Origin: Pelomyxa schiedti
Taxonomy: Eukaryota > Protista > Evosea
Length of the DNA stretch: 64,000 nucleotides
Reading direction: 5' to 3'
Assembly: GCA_020536535.1 (NCBI GenBank)
Contig: JAHLWZ010000820.1
Coordinates: 49,106-113,105, forward strand
Position 1 is the first letter of the stretch. Every line of letters begins with the position of its first letter. The notes under the pieces were generated by a model. It saw nothing but the letters and a program-made list of their open reading frames with translations, did not search any database and was not told where the DNA came from. Both the position numbers and the translations under genes were made by a program. Shown here piece after piece: positions 52,854-64,000 of the stretch.

Positions 52854-54826
52854 TTACAATTTCATACTCTGTAGTTCTTCCTCCAATTGTTTCCTCTTAG
52901 CTTCTCGTTCACGTCTCCTCTGGGGAAGAGAGTCAGTCAACCATACATAACTTAAGGGGTAAATTCTTACCTGTTCAAAGACTGAAAGAGTTCCCGTGGT
53001 TGCAGTGGATATTGGTGGAGAAGGCGAAGCAGAAGTCGAACCAGGTGCCTTGTCAAAGAATGAGTACTTAAACAGAAAGTACAGAACTCACGGATTGGAT
53101 TGAAGCTGGTGCTGTTGTTTTGTCTTGCCTATTTCCAGATGGGGCTGGGGGAGTGATTGCGGCGGTAGTTTGGGCTTCAGATTTCCTCTTTTCTTCAATA
53201 AGTTGCTGTTTTTGGGCCTGAGCCCGGCGGCGATTCTCTTCTTCCTCTTTTAATCTGGCCTGTTCCAGTTCTTCACGTCGGCAGTTCTCTGCTTCCTCTT
53301 TGATTCTTGCCTCTTCCCTAGCTCGTTGCAGTGCCGCTGCCTCCTGTTGCCTTCTTTCTTCTTCCTCCCTTCTGGAGCGTTCATGGGGATCCACTCCTAG
53401 AAGACCAAACATGTTTTCAGTTGTCTGGGTTACTTGGGGTGATGGAGTTCTTGTATTGGATGCAACTGCTAATTTGTCTCGTTCAACAACCTGAAGGAGG
53501 TGAAGGCAGAAAGCGAATTGTCGAGTGAACCTCTCGTTTGTTCGCAGCTTCCATCGCATTTGTGCGATTTCTTAAGAGTTTTTGTCTTTCTTCCGCCTCT
53601 GTACTATTTAGTACTTACTAATCTCAATGGGTAGTAGAACTACCGCGCTTCCTGGCGGCTGCCCATGCCTCAGCTTCACGGCGCCTTTGTTCTTCGGCTT
53701 TCTTTTCTTTGAGAAGCTTGTTTGCCTCGACTTGCTTGGCCACTTTATCTGCAGCAGCAGCTTTTTCCCTATAGGCTTTGAGTTGAGGGGATTACCTCTT
53801 TAAAGAGAGTGATTACATTAATCCTTTCAAGTAAACTTCCTTTTCTTTTCTTATTTGTTCTTCTCTGGCAATTCGAACTTTCTCTTTTGTGTCCTCTATC
53901 TAATGATGGTAACAGTAAAAATGTGACCAAATACAATTACGGCTTTTCTTTGTCTTTCTTGGAGTTGCCGATCTTCCCTTAGTGATGAAAAATTAGACAA
54001 TGTTGCCCCAGGAAAGGACCGTACTCAATTTGTTGTCGTGTAACTCTTTCTATCTCTAGTCTCTCAGCTTCGATCCTTTTGGCTTTTTCCACACGCCTAT
54101 TAACATGTCCACATAGAAATGAAGATTGTCGAAGCAGACCGTTTTTCAATGTCAGAGTGCATTTTAGAAGCCAGTGACCTGGATTTTTCTTCTTGCTTGC
54201 GGAAAGCAATCTCATCTCTTTTCCTCTTCTCTTCCATTTTTGCGCGGACCTGACAATAACATGAGTTCCTGTTTTAGAACGAAAGAACAAACCACGGCCT
54301 TTCTTTTCTCCACTTCAATCAACAACCAGTTTGAGTTTCCTTTGTGTCTGGCAACTTCTTTGGCCCACAGCTCTTCTTCGAGCTTCTTGTTATCGTCCTC
54401 CTGTTTTTTTCAAAAGTGTGAGGATAATGGCTTCTTCTAATTTGGAGTTCGGCGCACACCCTCTTCTTTCTCATTTCAGCAATTTTGTTGAGCACCCTTT
54501 TCTTTACTTCAGCTTCCACTTCAGCCAGTGTCATTCCCTCCATGGACTAGCAGCACTTAACAATAACAAAAAAAAAAACAACAACATAAGATACAAACAA
54601 AGAAAAACTAATGACACACGTCATCTAAGGCAGTATCTATCTCTTCTTCCTCTTCCTCCACTACCTCCTCCTCTTCCACCTCCACTTCCTCATACTCCAC
54701 CTCCTCCCCATCACCATCCTCGCCCTCTACTACTACCTCTTCCTCTATCTCCACCACCTCCTCCACGGTATCGTCCGCGCAACCAGGAGCTGCAGTAACC
54801 ACCGTATCAACCGTCGTGCGAGACAT
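52854..54826 (-). CDS. Uncharacterised E/K/R-rich coiled-coil protein with acidic N-terminus
   Basis: About 11 short exons joined in frame by GT-AG introns, with charged helical content throughout. No domain recognised. Confidence 0.7.
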
Positions 54827-54870
54827 TTGTTGATTTTGTTTTTTTTTTTTTTAACAAATGTCAATCTTAT

Positions 54871-56376
54871 CTACTCTATATCGGGCAATCGGGCGTTCTG
54901 TGCCTGTGCCGTCGGGAATGAAGCGGCTAGCTTGGATAGAGCCAAGATCGCCATGTGTGTGTTGCGGCCCCCTTGCCCAGGCGGGGTGCTGGGTGGCAGT
55001 GTGATGCTGACAGTAGCCTCGCCTCCAAATACAATTGCGGATTTCTTGGCTGTGCTGCTACTGTGAGTGGTGGTGGTGATCAGGGCCAGGGCCAAGTCGG
55101 CTACGTTGGTACCCGTTGGCCCGGTTTCGAGGGCTAAGGTGCTGCCGCCCACGAGCTGGAAGAAGGACGCCGAGTCGAAGCGGGCGGCGTAGTGCTGTGG
55201 GTCTGCTCCTTTGGCCGCGGATAGGGCCGGAGTTGTGAGGGAGTCTGCAATGGCCCCGGCTAGGTGTGAGTGCCCGTCCACCCCGTCTGTGGAGAAGAAC
55301 GCCAAGGTGACGCGGTCGCCCTGGGAAGAGTCCGCTACGAGTGAAACTGCTTTTACAATTCGGTCGACTTCCACGTTCGCCTCAGCGTGCATTTTGGTGC
55401 TGTTGATTTGGACCTTGTAGCCTAGCTCCTCCGCGCGCAGTGCGGCTGCAGATACCGCGGTATCATTATTTGACAGCAGCACATACTGTGACTTTTCGGG
55501 GGAGAGAAGCGGGGAGCAGACCCGCAGCGTTTCGTGATCAGTTCGCCCCACGTTCTCATCTATGTACTCCCTGACGCTATTTGGCACCGATTCCCACACG
55601 CCATACTCCAGCAGTACGGCTTTGGCATCCGCAAAGGTTGTCCCATCACAAACCGTTGGCCCGGAAGCTATCACAGAGGGGTCATCCCCCAGAACATCAG
55701 ATATGGCCAATGTGACAAAGGCACCACACCCAGAAGCAGCGATTCGCATCCTTCCGCCCTTGAGCAAGTCAATGTGCTTCCTTACAGCGTTTATCTTCGA
55801 GATTGGAATAGGGGCTCTCAGAAGCACCGCGTTTGTTTCCCTGTAGTCCCTGAGCGTGATTCTCGGGTCAGCCGGCACGGCCATCATAGCCGACCCACCA
55901 CCAGATATCAGTCCAATCACGAGTGTGTCATCACTCAGCCCCCTTAACAGATCGCACATGGCCCTGGCCCCAGTCTCGCCGTCCTCAGTTGGGTGCGGGT
56001 GGTCACTTTCTACAAGTTTGACGCGGCTCAGGCCCGGGCACAGGCAAGAATTATGGGAGCCCTCCGCCGACCCACAATTGCGTGCGTTGAAGCTGCAAAG
56101 TGACCCCCGGGGCACGTTGATGACGCCGGCCGAGATTCGCGTGGGACCCAGGACCTCGGCCAGGCTCAGTGCGCACGTGAGGGAGGCTTTACCGCCACCA
56201 ACGAGGACTACTTTGGGGTAACGATTGAGGTTGTAGGGGCGGCCGCATACGACGAGCGTGTCGCCTGATGGGCTGAGGGACACACTGCGCTTGATTACAT
56301 TATGGGGCAAAACCGCCTCGACAGTTCGCTTCACGATATCGTGCACGTCGCCCAGCACTTCGTCAGTTGTGTCCAT
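54871..56376 (-). CDS. GLYCTK: Class II (MOFRL) glycerate kinase, intronless, with permuted MOFRL segments
   Basis: GGGKA, HPHP, LISGGGSA, INAVRKH..LKGG, ISDVLGDDPSVIASGPT; then TDGVDG, AGA, TGPTGTNVADL, and only afterwards GGEATV and GGRN. Confidence 0.92.
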   Translation of the reverse strand: MDTTDEVLGDVHDIVKRTVEAVLPHNVIKRSVSLSPSGDTLVVCGRPYNLNRYPKVVLVGGGKASLTCALSLAEVLGPTRISAGVINVPRGSLCSFNARNCGSAEGSHNSCLCPGLSRVKLVESDHPHPTEDGETGARAMCDLLRGLSDDTLVIGLISGGGSAMMAVPADPRITLRDYRETNAVLLRAPIPISKINAVRKHIDLLKGGRMRIAASGCGAFVTLAISDVLGDDPSVIASGPTVCDGTTFADAKAVLLEYGVWESVPNSVREYIDENVGRTDHETLRVCSPLLSPEKSQYVLLSNNDTAVSAAALRAEELGYKVQINSTKMHAEANVEVDRIVKAVSLVADSSQGDRVTLAFFSTDGVDGHSHLAGAIADSLTTPALSAAKGADPQHYAARFDSASFFQLVGGSTLALETGPTGTNVADLALALITTTTHSSSTAKKSAIVFGGEATVSITLPPSTPPGQGGRNTHMAILALSKLAASFPTAQAQNARLPDIE

Positions 56377-56433
56377 TCAAAATTTAACCGAAAAACCGTT
56401 TCCAAAATAATTGATTGTTTTGGATGATGCTGT

Positions 56434-59400
56434 TTATTCTACAAGAGTTACTTGAACTGCCAAAATTTCAGTGTTTGTTCGCGCAGAGAAGTACTTGATT
56501 GTGGCTTGTCCTGGTGGAACCTAGACCGTGATTAGGAGGGTGTGGAAATTGGGTTAAAGGGTTGGGATTCATGCCTTCTTAAGGTCTGCTTTGGTGAAGG
56601 TTACATTTCCCAGGTCACCTTGCGGCGTAACAACACCCTTGGATGTTATCTGGTAGCAAAGGCATCTACCATTGCCATCATAAATACCAATCCAGTCACT
56701 TTTGTGTGGCTGGACCGAGGATAATTCCCAGGTAACCACCAGCTCATGGTCATACCTGTGATATAATGCCATATTATACTCACATACATGAAAAATAAAA
56801 GGTGAGAGCTATGCACACTCAATGTGGTCCTGGGGGGAGCTGAGCGACAGGCAATCGGACATTGGAAGAGCAACGGGATTTGACCTCCCGGAGTGGATCA
56901 ACACCTCCCCGCCACTTCCTCCTCCGACTGATGTGTCCACGGTACATCCAAATTTGAAGTATCTGGCTTCGTATGTCTGGGTGCCTTTGACGTAGGGTAA
57001 TGGGCCTAAAATCACACTGGACTGGGAACTGTGCCGGTTTTTTTTAATGATGTACTTTCGGTTGTTCTTCTCGTTCTGTGTACGTAAGCATGCATTAACA
57101 GATAAGAGGAAGGCTCAACCTTGTTGTAAACTGCAATCCAATCCATATCGGGAACAGAACTATGAAACTCTGGCTCGTACGAAACGATGATGTTGCGATC
57201 CTGTAGAGTTGCTGTTAGGGGAACAAAATTCCCCACAAACAACTCTTCACTTCTTTGTTGAATAATTGTTTTACTCTGTAAAACTAGATTCAAATGGTAA
57301 AACCCATCTGGAAGCCCACAGAAACTGTTACAACCAGATCGGGTAACTTTCAAGGTTAGTTGCTGAGGCACACTGAAAAAGACCCACCAAATTTGTGCGC
57401 AGCGATAATTTTATCAGTGTAGTCCAGAGCAAACAAATGAATAGACACACCAAGTATTGGCAGATAGCCGTTAATTTCAAAGGAATAGGAGATTCTGCCC
57501 TCCTTCCAATGTAAAAGGTAGGTCCACAAGAAAAAGGCTTACCTCTTCCGCTGCATCCAGGAGTATCTGCCCGCCTTCTGGTGCATGTGCAGCTTTAAAC
57601 CGGTTTACTTCTATAGAAGGACGAATAACTTGAATACCTGAAATTACATCTTCTGTGGATAGGGTGACCTTGCGGCAATTCTTGAGTGAAAGCTGTTCAA
57701 CAGTCTTCAAGTAACACAAGCGAAGGACCCCTTCATTAGTGAGGTTGCACCAATCGAGGTTCAAAAATCTCAAACAAGGACAAATATCTGGTAGTACACT
57801 AACAGTTTTATCAGAAATGCTGCACTTGGAAAGGTCTAGATGTTGCAGGGAATGCCAGATCACCCCCTTCTCCAGAAAAGGTGCGTCTGTCACTCTGTAA
57901 CACAGATTGAGGAACAGAACCACAAGGCTTGCATTGCAACTCTTAGCAACTTCGACCACACCATAGTCACTTATCTTCGTGCAGCCAGAGAGGTCAAGGG
58001 CAGTTATTTGTCTACAATATTTTGCAATGGCACACAATGTAAGGTCAGTGAGTCCAACGCAGTAGGAAACCTCCAGAACAGACAAGGAAGGGCTTGCTTC
58101 CAATAATGATACAAAACCCCTATCCGTTATGCCAGTACAATTGTTCAAAGAAACAACTGTTAGCCGGTGTGCCGAAAACTTAGCAAGCTGCTGAAGGGTG
58201 TAGCTACTGACTTGAATCGATTCACTACGGTAAAAACCAATCGTTGTTATTCGGCCAAGGAGGATTGGTGCACATCGTTCCGCACCTATAAGTAGGGCTT
58301 GCTTAGCAGTTGTGTGTAAATCTTTTTCTGTGCATTGAGGAAGCAAAAAGTTGACCACTTCTGCTTGGTCCTGATCAACAGCACTGTATAAGGCTTCACT
58401 GATAAGACGTGGAACAACACTGGGGTCCTCCTGCTGTTGCTTATTCAGTATTGCACTAACGCCAACCACACTTCCAATAGACGCAGGCAGTGACACACTC
58501 ACTTCACCAACGTTCTTCCTTTGGAGGATGTGTATGACTTTCTGTTGTCCTGTTATATAGGCTTCTACGAGCGCCTGGTTTGAGTCAGCGGTTCCTATTC
58601 TATTCATTACATCCTCCAGTAGTAGCAGGTTCCCATATCTAGCAGCAGGTTCCAACAGCAAGTGGAAGATCATTGGAGGTCTGAAGATGAGTTTTGACAT
58701 CGTAGAAGGTGCAATGCTATGTATGAATTTTTGTGTTGCAGTTTCGCCAAGAAGGGTTGCTAATTCAACAACAACGTCTACATATAGATTTGCCCTCCAC
58801 TGCACTCGGGTGGAGTAGCTTCTACCGCTTTTATCCATATTCTTTTCAAACTCAACTGTACGTTGAGTCAAGTTATTAACAAACTTGGTGAGAATGATAT
58901 CGAAAACTGCATCACTTTGCTTGTTTTCTTGTGCAATATTTACAAGAATTATAAGCAAAACACGTTGTTCCAGTGCAAGACTTATCTCCGTGTTAAAGGT
59001 CTTGGCGTGCCACAGTGCTTTAGCAAGAAAATAATCTCCGATCATGTGGTGGACAAATTCTACAGTTGGGTTTGGTGATATGACATCACATTCTTCCGAG
59101 GGAGATTTAGATACCAAACCACTCTTGAAGGCAAAACTGTCACATTTCCTGCCAAGCTTCAAAGTGAATGTAGGTTGTTTGTGGAGGTAAGATTTGAGAG
59201 CAAGTTCACGGAGTCTTTCCATTGCCTCTTTCTTATGTGTGTGGAATAGATTCTGGTCCATCAAAGGATTCTTATTTTGCATCCGTTGCCAAAGCCACTC
59301 AATTAAACTTTTTAGGAACAGTTTCAAGGTTACACCAACAGGATTTTCACGTCGTAGCGATTTAATTAGCGTGCAAGCCAACTCACAGTAAAGAGGAATC

Positions 59401-62400
59401 GAGATAAAGTCGAAGAAATCGGGAATGGATTGCATTTTATCCACTGTCCAGTACTGATCCTGAGGGTTGCTATCCACGGTAGAGAAAAACTGCTTGATGT
59501 ATAGCATCACAGTCTCCATGGTCCAGCGCTCAATTCTGGTAAACATAGCCTGTGGGAAGAGAGTGTGGAGATTTCCTTTATTTCGGGAAGTGAAGATGGC
59601 CCATTCCACCCACTGGACGTTCCCGATTCTCAATGCTGACAACCAGTCTTGGATGCCAGATGATAGAGAATGTTGCTCGAGTTCATCAAACCCATCAAAT
59701 ATCCACAAAACATTGCTGGAGTTTCCTTGTATAAACCCAACAACTTCAGGGTCAGAAATTCCAATAGCTACAAGTAAATCCTGTACTTCAGTTGGAGCCA
59801 ATTGGAGTGCATTGAACTTCCCTAATTCTACCACAATCACTGCCTGGAATTGGGTCCAGTTATCCAGGCCCTGCTTTCTGCCTAATTGCTTGCACAAAGT
59901 GGACTTCCCAGAGCCACCAATTCCCTCCAATACTACCAGTCTTTTTCCTTCCTTTCTGGCCATTTCCCACAACTTATCAATAGAGATGCTATACTGAATT
60001 CCAAGAGCATGATTACTGCTGATACAAGATAACTTGATGTTGCTAATAAACATCCTCTCGAAATCAGTAGAAATTGTGCTGTTATCGCCAGCGAGAAATG
60101 ACATTGTAGAGTAGAATTGCTTATAGTGAATTCTGAGTTTTTCGCGAATGGGGGTGGCACTTGGATTTGCTGGCTGAAAACTCAATACAGGTAGTTTTAC
60201 CTTCTTGCGAGAGTGAATAGCCCACCTGATAGTCTCCACTTCTTTTTTTACTGTATCCCGTATTGTCTCAGTGACACCTCGAAGCCGAGCTTCATCATAC
60301 TCAAAGCATGCTGTGTTGATTGTAGTATTTCCCATGAAATATATGATAACTGGGTCCCCCTGTTTCCCGGGAAAGAATACTCTTACACTTTCCTTGATAT
60401 CAAACTTTGTGGACAAAAGAATTTTGTCAGCTTCTCGTACACTCACATAACCTCTATCCACTGCATTTCTCAATTCTTCACATCCACTTGCTCCACCACT
60501 CGCATCCATTACAATGACTACATCAACTCCTCTACCTACAAACGCGGGAAATGGCACGTTGAAGTCTATTCCAGCATCTCTCATATTCCCGACATCAGGA
60601 TCAGTGCTTGTAGCACCACCTAAAAAGGACTCAATTGCCGGTTTTGTGGAGTCAAGCCACGCCTCATTTGGCATCATCCTCTGCACAACATGAGGAAACA
60701 TGTTCTGAACAGTCGGGAGAACGTGAGTCCGCCAATCAAAGGCAAAGGCACTGCCGCACACAGCCATGAGATGAGGGATACTGTCATCATGGAGTTGTGA
60801 CGTGGACTTGATATACTTCCCAGATTTGTGCACTGTGAAAGGAGTGATGGTCACCCAATCCCATCCAATCTTTCCAGCTGCTTCTGGGCATTCCATGCTT
60901 TGAACAGTAGTTGGTCTGGTACTTATCGATGCAAGAGGGGGTAGTATTACACTTGGATTGTTCACTGCCTCTGAGGTGCTAGATAGTGAGCTTCCTGTTG
61001 TTTCAATAGCTGGGATAGACAACACACTTCCAGTGGGTGGAGTTCCAGTTGATATTGCCGTGGAGAAGGAATGCTGTTCGTCACAGGAAGAGGAGGTAGT
61101 TCCTGGTCGAGACTCTGTTATAGCTGTGCAAATTGGTATGGGGTATGCTCCACTTAGGAGCTTTTCGGCAGAGGCACTCAGCCTCAATGAAAAAGGATCG
61201 ACGTCATCTGGAAGAGCCTTCTTGAGCATCAAATTTGCCAAAAATTTGGCCCATGCCGTCATTACACTGCCGCCTCTCCCTTCAGATAACATAGATATTG
61301 CACCAGCTATCGTATTGAATCCAGTATCCAGAGTAAGGAGGTGAGTTAAATGAACTAGTAATCGCGGAGTCCACTTGCTACTTTTGGTTTCTTTAAGCAT
61401 GGATACCAACCCTTTGTGTGTGTGCCTTTCACTGTTATATCTACCACCCAGAACCCATGGATCATCTTCCGTTTGTCCACTGTGAAAAGGATTTCCGGAA
61501 GAGGCAATCCACTGCAATAAACACCAAGTACTGCCACTGAGTCCTGCACAATAAGTAATGCCATCAAGAAGACCAATAGAACTAAGGCCGTTTAGGAAAG
61601 CTATCATGCTAACCATTGCTCTCACACCACCACCACTTCCACATACTGCGACACAGGGCATATCACTCTCTGCAGAAGGTTCTCCAATAAATGAAGCAAG
61701 TGCAGCACGGCATACAACTTCCCTGGCTTTCACAGCTTGACTTTCTTGTTCTAGGGAATTCCTTTAAGTACGAAGTAAACGTCCAAAAACAAAAGGGAGA
61801 TGGGGAAAACAGGTTCGAAAGGAGAACGTACATGTTGATATCTTGCAGGAACGAGCTGCTAGTTCTCAGAGCATCTGCAAGGTGTTACAACGAAAATCAT
61901 TTGAAAAGGAAAAAAGCAGAAGAAGGGGAAAAAAAAAAAAGAAAAAAAAGAACCACTTTGAATACCAGCAACAGCGATACTCAACCTGCTAGGAGTTTCA
62001 TCGTTCAGTGAAGGTGACATGGACTGAGCCTTTGAGACCATATTAGACCCCAAAGCAACATCTTTCTCCTTCCCTCCAGAAATGTCATTTTCCACGGCAA
62101 TGGAGCTGCTGCTGGTACAACAATAAGGTGGCATTACAGGAGGATCACTCAGTGGTAGTTGTGGTGCAGGAGACATCGGGGCAGAAGGTGCTTCATCTGT
62201 TATTACTGAAGAAAAATCATGAAATTCCTCACTCCCACCATTCACCTGCTCTGGTTGCAATTGCTTTTCAAATTCCCGTTCCAACTCCAATTTCGATTCC
62301 TGATCGCAATTGGTCCCCGACGTCATGCACTTGTCGGCCACGTTCGGTTCAGGTGGCGGCGGGGCATCGATTGGGCACCAAGTTGGCGGAGATGGAGGCC

Positions 62401-62617
62401 TGAAATCGGGTGTCGGAATCGGCGCGTAGTCATTGGGAGCCTCTGGGGTTTTGTCCAAATTTGGGGGGACCACTTCCGCGCCTCCCCGATTTCCACTGAG
62501 AAATTCAGCCTCGGCCCCGGTATCGTTGAGAGACACCGGTGGGTCAACCTTGTTCTCGTTGGGAATTACTTCTCCGTCATTTGGCGTTACAACCCCCGGC
62601 ACCGCCCTGCAACTCAT
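56434..62617 (-). CDS. NLR-like protein: Pro-rich N-terminus, cPLA2-type phospholipase, NACHT, ankyrin-like, LRR, 2-3 SKICH-like domains
   Basis: PLA2c: SGGGVRAM, GLSGSTW, DAGIDFNVPFP, RGVDVVIVMDAS. NACHT: GIGGSGKST, WIFDGFDEL, FTSR, PLYCEL, FVHHMIGDYFLA. Cys-containing LRRs (LDLSGCTKISD). C-terminal DWIAVY and DWIGIY exons. Confidence 0.88.
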
Positions 62618-62700
62618 TGGGAAAAAAATAAATTCGCTCGATCGTGTGTTAGCGACAATCACTAAAAGCTGAAATTGTGAGATGCAAAGACTTGGTTTTT

Positions 62701-63773
62701 TTATAGGTTTGGGTGCCAAAACTTAGCTGTTATCATCATGTTACGGCCAGAACCAAGGCTGGCTGAAGGCCACACTTTGTCAGGAAGGTTTTTGAAAACT
62801 GATTTGAGGGAAAGTTCCCCAGAGATGTAGTAATCAGCTTCACGTCTATTCATGTCAATCAGCAGTGACACATCAGTGGAATAGTCCGCCTTTGTAACTC
62901 TACATAGTGTTGTACCCTTATAGTGGGCACAGGTATCAGGGCTGGAAATAGAATTAAACAAAAGTAAATTTGTGAAGAGGAGACCTTATGGCCCATGCAA
63001 CAACCCACAAGTCTTCATGAAGATATTTTTGAACTGCTTCCTCATCAGCCAAACCAATCCTGAGCACATTCAAGATGTCATTCCAGTGGTATCCTCCTGG
63101 AGGTTGCACCACATGTATGCTGTAAAAAACAACTTCTCTTGGCATCAGGGGCCTGTTTGTGATCACAAGTTGGTCTGACCGCTGGAAAGTGACAGCATTC
63201 TCGATAACATCTGTAACCAACACATCTCTTCCATGTACAATTGGGTCCCAGTGCAACTTCTTCCAGACATCATAGCCTGTTAAAGGAGTCAGTAACATAC
63301 ATTAGGATTGGGTTGTTGGGCAATGAACCCCACACCACAAGTTGGTCTTAAGAAAGAAAAGAAAACACACATTGTTTGAAGTGGGATTTCCATGAAAGAG
63401 GAGACCCAGGAAGTTGCTCCAGGGGAATTGTGGGAGGCAGAGCTGAGTCACACCAAGGCGACTTCTCGCACCAGACTCGCCACAGTTGCTCGTTTTGAAG
63501 GACACCATGGAAGAATCTACAAACTGCCGAAAGTGCCACACAGGACTCAAGTGGGCCCAGCCACGTGAAAACTGCATTCCAAGCAGCAAAAAACCGATCA
63601 GAAGTAAGGTCCACAGTTTCATGGGTTGTGTTGTCATTAGATGCAGAGGATACACATTCAGATGCAGGCGTTGATGGTGGGTGTGCAGGGGTCCCTGTTG
63701 CGTTGGGGATATGATCGTCAGTGAGGGATTCCCAGGAGTCAGGGATTTCATTGGGATCGTTGGACTTGGACAT
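62701..63773 (-). CDS. F-box + SPRY/B30.2-like protein
   Basis: F-box AWNAVFTWL...LSAVCRFF...NEQLWR. SPRY-like LRIGLA, VSLLIDMNRREADYYISG...FKNLPDKVWPSASL. Confidence 0.75.
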
Positions 63774-63843
63774 GGCGATTCGTGGTTAACCCTTTAGCTA
63801 AAATCTCCGGTGACCGGCGGTGCGATGTTCTGGGATCGACAAA

Positions 63844-63915
63844 GATGGATCGCGGTGGACCGCGATGCATCGGGATGGAATAGGGGGATGGAGCGGGATG
63901 GATCGCGGTGGACCG
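63844..63915. repeat. 19-bp direct repeat (gatggatcgcggtggaccg x2) with palindrome atcgcggt-gg-accgcgat, upstream of the F-box gene
   Basis: Copies at 63844-63862 and 63897-63915; inverted repeat at 63849-63866. Confidence 0.7.
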
Positions 63916-64000
63916 GGATGGATGGTGATGGTGAGCCGTCGGCGAGGGTTTTTGGAGCCAGGCTGGCAACAAATAAATAAATAAATTTCTTTTTCCCTTT

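Noticed and set aside
61859-62719. Treating the 286-aa Pro-rich ORF as a separate gene
   Set aside because: From the ATG at 62617 it splices in frame through two GT-AG introns into the PLA2c exon, so it is taken as the NLR N-terminus. RNA confirmation is still needed.

Overview
This is eukaryotic, gene-dense, intron-rich nuclear DNA (mostly 35-130 bp GT-AG introns, several GC-AG) read in the standard code. It holds about 26 protein-coding genes; I found no rRNA, tRNA, CRISPR array or recognisable transposase. The gene content suggests a flagellated amoebozoan, probably an archamoeba such as Pelomyxa (inference from an ABP34-type actin bundler plus IFT144). Housekeeping genes: V-ATPase c, U1A/U2B'', a SET methyltransferase, PGAP1, EPC, DPH6, a USP9/24/34-type DUB, EEF1AKMT2 and WDR19. 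The most striking items are: (1) an NLR-like receptor (56434-62617, minus) with an intact cPLA2-type phospholipase, NACHT, ankyrin-like repeats, LRRs and C-terminal SKICH-like domains, its core on a single ~4.2 kb exon; (2) the adjacent intronless glycerate kinase, whose MOFRL catalytic motifs are in swapped order; (3) a Rab2-like GTPase with N-terminal MACCGG and no C-terminal prenylation cysteines; (4) a shared N-terminal 'PRLG..S.A..L' motif on two unrelated propeller-like proteins; (5) a tandem pair of WD40-like/PH-like/TKL-kinase/zinc-ribbon genes; (6) an aegerolysin/actinoporin-like gene; (7) perfect 102-bp direct repeats flanking twin hairpins. Exon structures were assembled by eye, so some gene ends are approximate.
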